A DNA stretch of 64,000 bases from Methanothrix sp. (GTDB lineage: Archaea > Halobacteriota > Methanosarcinia > Methanotrichales > Methanotrichaceae), in NCBI GenBank assembly GCA_963682135.1, contig OY821645.1, positions 256,001-320,000 on the forward strand, written 5' to 3'. A program made the position numbers and the translations under genes. How positions within the stretch are numbered: the first letter of the stretch is position 1; each line of letters opens with the position of its first letter. Of the stretch, positions 52,088-62,300 are shown piece by piece. A model generated the notes under the pieces. That model saw nothing but the letters and a program-made list of their open reading frames with translations, was not told the origin of the DNA and searched no databases.

Positions 52088-52621
52088 ATGGACCCATACC
52101 TAGGCGAGATAAAGATATTCGCAGGAACATATGCACCCATGGGCTGGATGATGTGCCAGGGTCAGATTCTACCTATATCTGGAAATGACGCACTTTTTGC
52201 AGTAATAGGTGCCACCTACGGAGGAGACGGCGTAACCAACTTCGCTCTACCGGACTTTCGAGGAAGAGTGCCTCTTGGATACAGTACAAGCTATCCATTA
52301 GGGCAGAAAGACGGATATGAGACGGTAGCGCTCGCTGCAGATAATCTTCCGGTGCACGGCCACCCGGGTCAGGTAAAATGTACCAATAGGAGCGACTCTG
52401 AAACTCCAGGCGGAAATGTACCTAGTGCCGCAGTGATTTCCAGTACTGATGCTCCGAGGAACGAATATGTCCCGTCGGCAGGTCAGACGCTGGTAGATCT
52501 TGCCAGCAGTTGCGTTTCCATCGATCCGGCAGGCGGATCCGTTGCTCATCAGAATATTCAGCCTTCTATGGCATTGAACTTTATCATAGCAGTGGAAGGG
52601 ATCTTTCCAACCAGGGGATGA
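52088..52621 (+). CDS. Phage tail-collar domain protein 3
   Basis: Same motifs; GGAGG RBS; HGH. Confidence 0.92.
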   Translation: MDPYLGEIKIFAGTYAPMGWMMCQGQILPISGNDALFAVIGATYGGDGVTNFALPDFRGRVPLGYSTSYPLGQKDGYETVALAADNLPVHGHPGQVKCTNRSDSETPGGNVPSAAVISSTDAPRNEYVPSAGQTLVDLASSCVSIDPAGGSVAHQNIQPSMALNFIIAVEGIFPTRG

Positions 52622-53164
52622 ATGAAAGGAAGAGAGTCGGGCAGTCCGGAAGGCTGCTGTTGGAGCTATTTAGGCTCGCGGCTGACACTGCGCCCTGCAT
52701 GCCGGGAGGATGATCTGTTTCTTTTTCATCTCTTTTGCAGCATTCGCGAACCTGACTTCGCCTTTCTTGGAGAATTGGAAAGGAAAAAAATAATGGAATT
52801 GCAATTTGCCGCCCAGCAGAGACACTATCAGGCGAATATGCCTGAGGCGGAGCACCTGATTGTCCTTCAGGATGGCGGGTCGATTGGCAGAATGATCCTC
52901 CTTCAGAGGAATGATGAGTTGCATCTGGCAGAGATCGCCCTTTTGCCTGAGCATAGGAACCATGGGATCGGCAGCATATTGATTAAAGAACTTATTAAGG
53001 CTGAGGCAGAACAGGGGCATGCGATCAGGCTGCAGGTCTACAATCATAGCGCAGCGGTGCGTTTCTATCAGCGATTGGGTTTTGTAAAGGCAAGAGATGA
53101 TGGTGCTTACTTGTTTCTGGAAAAGCTTCCCACAATCGGGGGCGATGGTGGGAACATATTTTAA
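52622..53164 (+). CDS. GNAT family acetyltransferase
   Basis: IALLPEHRNHGIGS acetyl-CoA motif, A.RFYQRLGF, LQFAAQQRHY; abuts the third collar gene. Confidence 0.9.
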   Translation: MKGRESGSPEGCCWSYLGSRLTLRPACREDDLFLFHLFCSIREPDFAFLGELERKKIMELQFAAQQRHYQANMPEAEHLIVLQDGGSIGRMILLQRNDELHLAEIALLPEHRNHGIGSILIKELIKAEAEQGHAIRLQVYNHSAAVRFYQRLGFVKARDDGAYLFLEKLPTIGGDGGNIF

Positions 53165-53347
53165 AATAGCGATTAAATTGAAATTTAATTAATAATATTA
53201 TTATTAAGCGGCATGGTAGGGGGCCAAATTAATGAACTATATCGGTCATTACGGCAATGAATCCTTAATTGAGGGTCTTTCAGGGCAGATATTCCGTATT
53301 TTATTGAATGAATTGATTATTCCTTTAAAGGTTCAAGGAGACGCGCA

Positions 53348-56300
53348 ATGTCTCCAATAATGGCAAGATCGGCAGGAATCTGCCTTGCCGCACTTCTTAT
53401 TATGCTGGCGGCGACTGCTCCAGCCAGCGGCGCCTGCACTATGAGCGTTTCCAGGATCGGGACGGCTTCTGATGCCAACGGCGTTTTCGTCTTGAATGAT
53501 AAGGTGTATATCGCATCGACAAATGGACATTACATCATTATGCCTTTGAGCAGCCTGGTTGCAACATCGGATTTTAATATTGGAGGCTCACCGTATGACG
53601 TATTTGTATCGGGTAGTACTGCTTATCTGACCGATTTTTATAGCAGCAATGGAGTCAGGGTTGTCAATGCAGATACGGGGGCCCCTCTGGGAGAATGCAC
53701 CAACTGGCCTTCAGGTCTTTCTGCCATCGGCATTTATAACTCCGGCAGCTACGCCTATGTGGGAGCAACTGACTACACGAACGGCTACCTTGTTGTCTTG
53801 AGCCTGACAACTCCTAACTCACCGAGCGTTGTCAATACCATTTCAAGCGGCCCTATGGCTCAGGGCGGAGGCGGCCTATGTGTTACCGATGGCAAGATTT
53901 ACCTGGCAACCGATAATGGCGTGGATGAATTCACCCTCGGTAACCCAGCCAGTCCCTCCTACTCGGGAACCATTTCTACGCCCTATGGCGCATATGATGT
54001 TCACGTATTCGGCACCAATGCCTATGTTGTTATGGGAACAAATCCGCCTTCCGGCCAACCCAATGTAGTGGTCCTTGACCTCGCTAATTCAGGCACCCAG
54101 ACAGACTGTTATTATGATAGCACTCCGTCTTATGCCCTCCCGCCTTATGCCATCCAGTTCTACAATGGAAAAATATACATCGTTGATCCGAACGGACTCA
54201 AAGAATTGAGCGTAGGATCGGTGTCGGGATCGCTGACCGTTAACCTGGATGCCGTTCCAAATAATGCTCAGGACTTCACCTTCTCAGGCGACCTGGGAAG
54301 CTTCATTCTAGATGACGATAGCGATGACACCTATCCCAGCACCAAGACATTCAGCAGTCTGGCAGCAGGATACTATGCATTCCATCAGACGGTGCCATCA
54401 GGCTGGATCGTGAGCAGCATAACGGCATCAGATGCCAGCAAGGTCACGTACAGCAGCGATGGCAACTCGTGGCACAGCACCTTCACTTCCGGCGATACCT
54501 GGGCGAAGGCCTCAGTACAGGCCGGCGGCAGCACCCTGACGGTAAATTTCCAGGATACCAGAGTTTATTCCATCTCCGGGCATGTGATTTACGATCTGGA
54601 CGGCAACGGGGCTAAGAATAATTTTGAAGGCTACGTGCCCAACGGCTGGGTGGTGCAGCTTTGGAAAGATGGCACACAGACCTCTCAGACAACAACTCTG
54701 AGCGGCGCTTATTCATTCAGCAATCTTCCTGCCGGAAATTACGAGGTAAGGTCCATCTTGCAGACCGGCTGGGTGAATACCATCCCTGCAACCGGAATTC
54801 GCAGCTATTCGCCTCTCTCCTCAGATCAGACCAATCAGGACTTCGGAGTCCGCGGCAGCCAGTCCATTGCCGGCATGAAGTTTCACGACCTTGATGGCGA
54901 TAGAGCCAAGGATGCAGGCGAGCCGGGCCTGGCGAGCTGGACCATCGATCTGAAGAAAGACGGCAATAAGATAGCCAGCACTCAGACCGCTGCCGGAGGC
55001 GCATATTCTTTTGCCGGCCTGGCGCCGGGCAGCTACACCGTCGAGGAGACTCTGCAGTCCGGTTGGATACAGTCCTACCCCGCCTCGCCAGGCACACATG
55101 CAGTAACACTGGTCGCAGGAGTTGCCGGACCGACAGATAAGGACTTTGGCAATTACCAGACTACCGGATTTTCCGGCGTGAAATTCGAGGATCTCAATGG
55201 CAATGGTGCCAAGGATGCGGGCGAGCCGGGCATCTCTGGCTGGACCATTAAACTCAAGCAAGGCGCAACTGAGATCGCCAGCACCCAAACAGGCACAGTC
55301 GGAGCTTATTCCTTTACCGGAATTGCCCCTGGCAGCTACACTGTAGAAGAAGTGGCTCAGAGCGGCTGGACGCAGTCCTATCCTGCAACGCCCGGCACTT
55401 ATCCATTAACTCTAGTCTCGGGAGTTGCCGGGCCGACGGACATCAATTTCGGCAACTTGCGATCCACCGGATTTTCCGGCGTGAAATTCGAGGATCTCAA
55501 TGGCAATGGTGCCAAAGATGCGGGCGAGCCGGGTCTATCCGGCTGGACCATTAAACTCAAGCAAGGCGCAACTGAGATCGCCAGCACCCAAACAGGAACA
55601 GTCGGAGCTTATTCCTTTACCGGAATTGCCCCTGGCAGCTACACTGTAGAAGAAGTGGCTCAGAGCGGCTGGACGCAGTCCTATCCTGCAACGCCCGGCA
55701 CTTATCCATTAACTCTGGTCTCGGGAGTTGCCGGGCCGACGGACATCAATTTCGGCAACTGGCGGGCCACTGGATTTTCCGGCATGAAGTTTGAAGACCT
55801 CAACGGCAATGGAGCCAAGGATGCAGGCGAGCCGGGCATCTCAGGCTGGACCATCAAACTCAAGCAAGGGGCAACCGAGATCACCAGCATCCAAACCGGT
55901 ACAGGCGGAGCCTATTCCTTTACCGGAATTGCCCCCGGCAGCTACACTGTAGAAGAAGTGGCTCAGAGCGGCTGGACCCGATCCTATCCTGCCTCGCCGG
56001 GCACTCATTCATTAACTCTGGTCTCGGGAGTCGCCGGACCGACGAATATTGATTTCGGCAACTGGAAATCGACCGGTCTTTCTGGCGTGAAGTTTGAAGA
56101 TCTCAACGGCAATGGGGCCAAGGATACAGGAGAGCCCGGCATCTCAGGCTGGACAATTAAGCTCATGAGCGGCGCAACCGAGATTGCAAGCACCCAGACC
56201 GGCGCGGGCGGAGCCTATTCCTTCGCCGGCATTTCTCCCGGCAGCTATACCGTCAAGGAAGAAGTCGAGAGCGGTTGGACGCAGTCCTATCCTGCAACGC

Positions 56301-59300
56301 CCGGCACTTATCCATTAAATCTGGTATCGGGAGTCGCCGGCCCGACTAACATCGACTTTGGCAACTGGAAATCGACCGGTCTTTCTGGCGTGAAGTTTGA
56401 AGATCTCAACGGCAATGGTGCCAAGGATACAGGAGAGCCTGGCATCTCAGGGTGGACAATTAAGCTCATGAGCGGCGCAACAGAGATTTCAAGCACCCAA
56501 ACCGGTGCCGACGGCAGCTATTCCTTCGCCGGCATTGCGCCCGGCAGCTACACTGTAACGGAAGCTATGCAGCCCGGCTGGACGCAGTCCTATCCTGCAA
56601 CGCCCGGCACTTATCCATTAACTCTGATCTCGGGAGTCGCCGGACCGGCGAACATCAATTTCGGTAACTGGCGCACCACTGGTCTCTCGGGCATGAAATT
56701 CGAGGATCTCAACGGCAACGGTGCCAAGGATGCAGGCGAGCCCGGCATCTCAGGCTGGACAATTAAACTCATGAGCGACGCAACCGAGATTGCAAGCACC
56801 CAAACCGGTGCCGACGGCAGCTATTCCTTCACCGGCATTGCACCCGGCAGCTACACCATAGAAGAAGTAGCCCAGGGCGGCTGGACGCAATCCTATCCTG
56901 CAACGCCCGGCACTTATCCATTAACTCTGATCTCGGGAGTCGCCGGACCAACGAACATCAATTTCGGTAACTGGCGCACCACTGTTTTCTCCGGCATGAA
57001 ATTCGAAGATCTCAACGGCAACGGGGCCAAGGATGCAGGCGAGCCGGGCCTAAAGGACTGGACCATCAAGCTCATGAACGGCGCAACAGAGATTTCAAGC
57101 ACCCAGACCGGCGCCGATGGCGCCTATTCCTTCACCGACATTGCGCCCGGCAGCTACACCGTAGAGGAGGCTATGCAGGCTGGCTGGGCTCGGACTTATC
57201 CCGCCTCGCCAGGCACGCATACGATAAACCTGGTCTCAGGAGTCGCCGGCCCGACTAACATCAATTTCGGCAATGCCAGAGCTACTGGTTTTTCCGGAAT
57301 GAAATTCGAAGATCTTAACGGCAATGGTGCCAAGGATTTAGGCGAGCCGGGCCTCGAGGGCTGGACAATTAAGCTCATGAGTGGCGCAACAGAGATTGCA
57401 AGCACCCAGACCGATGCCGATGGAGCCTATTCCTTCACCGACATTTCTCCTGGCAGCTATACCGTCAAGGAAGAGGTCAAGAGCGGTTGGACGCAGTCCT
57501 ATCCTGCAACGCCCGGCACTTATCCATTAACTCTGATCTCGGGAGTCGCCGGCCCGACTAACATCGACTTTGGCAACTGGAAATCAACCGGTCTTTCTGG
57601 CGTGAAGTTTGAAGATCTCAACGGCAACGGTGCCAAGGATACAGGAGAGCCCGGCATCTCAGGCTGGACAATTAAGCTCATGAGCGGCGCAACCGAGATT
57701 GCAGGCACCCAAACCGGCGCCGATGGAGCCTATTCCTTCACCGACATTGCGCCCGGAAGCTATACTGTGGAGGAAACTGCGCAAGCTGGCTGGACGCAGT
57801 CCTATCCTGCAACGCCCGGCACTTATCCATTAACTTTGGTGTCGGGAGTTGCCGGACCAAATAACATCGATTTCGGTAACTGGCGCACCACTGGTCTCTC
57901 GGGCATGAAATTCGGGGATCTCAACGGCAACGGTGCCAAGGATGCAGGCGAGCCGGGTCTAAAGGACTGGACCATTAAGCTCATGAGCGGCGCAACAGAG
58001 ATTGCGAGCACCCAGACCGGCGCCGATGGAGCCTATTCCTTCACCGGCATTGCTCCAGGCAGCTACACCGTAGAAGAAGTAGCCCAGAGCGGCTGGACGC
58101 AGTCTTATCCTGCAGCGCCCGGCACGTATCCAGTAACTTTGTCTTCGGGATTGCTGGCTGCTAATATCGATTTCGGCAACTGGAAAGCAACCGGTTTCAC
58201 GGGCCTGAAGTTCGAGGATCTCAACGGCAACGGGGCCAAGGATGCAGGCGAGCCGGGCCTCGAGGGCTGGACAATTAAGCTCATGAGTGGCGCAACCGAG
58301 ATTTCAAGTACCCAGACCGATGCCGATGGAGCCTATTCTTTCACCGACATTGCTCCCGGTAGCTACACCGTCGAGGAGGCTATGCAGGCTGGCTGGGCTC
58401 AGACTTGTCCCGCCTCACCAGGCACGCATACGATAAACCTGGTCTCAGGAGTTGCCGGACCGACGAACATCAATTTCGGCAATGCCAGAGGTACCGGCTT
58501 TTCCGGCATGAAATTCGAGGATCTCAACGGCAATGGTGCCAAGGATGCAGGCGAAACGGGCCTTGAGGGCTGGACCATTAAGCTCATGAGCGGCGCAACA
58601 GAGATTGCAAGCACCCAGACCGATGCCGATGGCAGTTATTCTTTCATCGGCATTACTCCCGGTAGCTACACCGTGCAAGAAGAAGCCCAGGCAGGCTGGA
58701 CGCAGTCTTATCCTGCAACGCCCGGCACTTATCCATTAAATCTGGTATCGGGAGTTGCCGGGCCGACTAACATCGACTTCGGCAACTGGAAAGCAACCGG
58801 TCTTTCTGGCGTGAAGTTTGAAGATCTCAACGGCAACGGTGCCAAGGATACAGGAGAGCCCGGCCTCACTGGCTGGACCATTAAGCTCATGAGCGGCGCA
58901 ACAGAGATTGCAAGCACCCAAACCAATGTCGATGGCGCCTATTCCTTCACCGGCATTGCGCCCGGCAGCTACACTGTAACGGAAGCTATGCAGCCCGGCT
59001 GGACGCAGTCCTATCCTGCAACGCCCGGCACTTATCCATTAACTCTGGTGTCGGGAGTCGCCGGACCGACGAACATCAATTTCGGTAACTGGCGCACCAC
59101 TGGTCTCTCGGGCATGAAATTCGAGGATCTCAACGGCAACGGTGCCAAGGATGCAGGCGAGCCCGGCATCTCAGGCTGGACCATTAAGCTCATGAGCGAC
59201 GCAACCGAGATTGCAAGCACCCAAACCGGTGCCGACGGCAGCTATTCCTTCACCGGCATTGCACCCGGCAGCTACACTGTAGAAGAAGTAGCCCAGAGCG

Positions 59301-62300
59301 GCTGGACGCAATCCTATCCTGCAACGCCCGGCACTTATCCATTAACTCTGATCTCGGGAGTCGCCGGACCGACGGACATCAATTTCGGCAACTGGCGCAC
59401 CACTGGTTTCTCCGGCATGAAATTCGAAGATCTCAATGGAAATGGTGCCAGGGATGCAGGCGAGCCGGGCCTAAAGGACTGGACCATCAAGCTCATGAAC
59501 GGCGCAACAGAGATTTCAAGCATCCAGACCGGCGCCGATGGCGCCTATTCCTTCACCGACATTGCGCCCGGCAGCTACACCGTAGAGGAGGCTATGCAGG
59601 CTGGCTGGGCTCGGACTTATCCCGCCTCGCCAGGCACGCATACGATAAACCTGGTCTCAGGAGTCGCCGGCCCGACTAACATCAATTTCGGCAATGCCAG
59701 AGCTACTGGTTTTTCCGGAATGAAATTCGAAGATCTTAACGGCAATGGTGCCAAGGATGCAGGCGAGCCGGGCCTCGAGGGCTGGACCATTAAGCTCATG
59801 AGCGGTGCAACCGAGATTTCGAGCACCCAGACCGATGCCGATGGAGCCTATTCCTTCACCGACATTTCTCCTGGCAGCTATACCGTCAAGGAAGAGGTCA
59901 AGAGCGGTTGGACGCAGTCTTATCCTGCAACGCCCGGCACTTATCCATTAAATCTAGTATCGGGAGTAGCCGGCCCGACTAACATCGACTTCGGCAACTG
60001 GAAAGCAACCGGTCTTTCTGGCGTGAAGTTTGAAGATCTCAACGGCAATGGTGCCAAGGACGCAGGCGAAACGGGCATCTCAGGCTGGACAATTAAACTC
60101 AAGCAAGGAACAACCGAGATCTCCAGCACCCAGACAGGCACAGGCGGTGCTTATTCCTTTACCGGCATTGCCCCCGGCAGCTACACTGTAGAAGAAGTGG
60201 CTCAGATCGGCTGGACGCAGTCCTATCCTGCCTCTCCGGGCACTCATTCATTTACTCTGGTATCGGGAGTTGCCGGACCAACTAACATCGATTTCGGTAA
60301 CTGGCGCACCACCGGTCTCTCGGGCATGAAATTCGAGGATCTCAACGGCAACGGTGCCAAGGATGCAGGCGAGCCGGGCCTCAAAGACTGGACCATTAAG
60401 CTCATGAGCGGTGCAACAGAGATTGCAAGCACCCAAACCGGTGCCGACGGCAGCTATTCCTTCACCGGCATTGCACCCGGCAGCTACACCATAGAAGAAG
60501 TAGCCCAAGGCGGCTGGACGCAGTCTTATCCTGCAGCGCCCGGCACTCATTCGTTAGCTCTGGCCTCGGGAGTCGCCGGACCAACGGACATCAATTTCGG
60601 CAACTGGCGCACCACTGGTCTCTCGGGCATGAAATTCGAAGATCTCAACGGCAATGGTGCCAGGGATGCAGGCGAGCCGGGCCTAAAGGACTGGACCATC
60701 AAGCTCATGAGCGGCGCAACCGAGATTTCAAGTACCCAGACCGATGCCGATGGCGCCTATTCCTTCACCGACATTGCGCCCGGCAGCTACACCGTCGTGG
60801 AGGCTATGCAGGCTGGCTGGGCTCAGACCTATCCCGTCTCGCCAGGCACGCATTCGATAAACCTGGTCTCAGGAGTTGCCGGCCCGACTAACATCAATTT
60901 CGGCAATGACAGGGCTACTGGTTTTTCCGGAATGAAATTCGAAGATCTTAACGGCAATGGTGCCAAGGATGCAGGCGAGCCGGGCCTTGAGGGCTGGACC
61001 ATTAAGCTCATGAGCGGTGCAACCGAGATTGCAAGCACCCAGACCGATGCCGATGGCGCCTATTCCTTCACCGACATTGCACCCGGCAGCTACACTGTCA
61101 AGGAAGAGGTCAAGAGCGGCTGGACTCAGTCCTATCCTGCAACGTCCGGCACTTATCCATTAACTCTGGTGTCAGGTGTCGCCGGACCGACTAACATCGA
61201 CTTCGGCAACTGGAAATCGACCGGTCTTTCTGGCGTGAAGTTTGAAGATCTCAACGGCAACGGTGCCAAGGATGTAGGCGAGCCGAGCCTTGAGGGCTGG
61301 ACCATTAAGCTCATGAGCGGCGCAACCGAGATTTCAAGCACCCAGACCGATGCCGATGGCGCTTATTCTTTCATCGACATTGCACCCGGCAGCTACACGG
61401 TCAAGGAAGAAGTCAAGAGCGGCTGGACTCAGTCCTATCCTGCGTCACCAGGCACGCATGCAATCACTCTGGTCTCGGGATTGCCAGTTACTAATATCGA
61501 TTTCGGCAACTGGAAATCGACTGGATTTTCCGGCGTGAAGTTCGAGGACAACAACGGCAATGGAGCTAAGGACGCAGGCGAGCCGGGCCTCAAAGACTGG
61601 ACCATCAAGCTTATGAAAGGCACAACAGTGGTTTCGGTCATCCCGACCGATGCCGATGGCGCCTATTCCTTCACAGACATTGCACCCGGCAGCTACACCG
61701 TCGAGGAAGCTGCGCAAGCTGGCTGGACGCAGTCCTATCCCGCCTCGCCAGGCATGCAGACCGTTAACCTGGTCTCAGGTGTGATCGGGCCGAAAAATGT
61801 CGATTTCGGCAACTGGCGTAGCACAGGTTTCTCGGGCATGAAGTTCGAGGACCTCAATGGTAACGGTGCCAAAGATAGCGGTGAACCGGGTCTGTTCGGC
61901 TGGGCCATCGTGCTTAAGAAAGGCGAAACAGTTGTTTCGGTCACCCAGACTGACCCCGACGGCGTTTATTCCTTCGCAGACATTGCACCCGGCAGCTACA
62001 CCGTCGAGGAGGCTATGCAATCAGGCTGGACTCAGACAAATCCCATATGGCCAGGCACGCATTCAGTGACACTGGTATCAGGAATAGCTGGACCGAATAA
62101 TATCGATTTTGGTAACGCGAGAACTACAGGCTTTTCCGGTCTGAAGTTCGAGGATCTCAACGGCAATGGGGCCAAGGACGCAGGCGAGCCGGGCCTCAAA
62201 GACTGGACCATCAAACTCATGAGCGGTGCAACCGAGATCTCCAGCACCCAGACAGCAGCCGATGGCAGTTATTCTTTCATCGGCATTACTCCCGGTAGCT

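Noticed and set aside
50936-53164. Prophage or contractile injection system
   Set aside because: No capsid, portal, terminase, sheath, tube, baseplate or integrase genes in the window.
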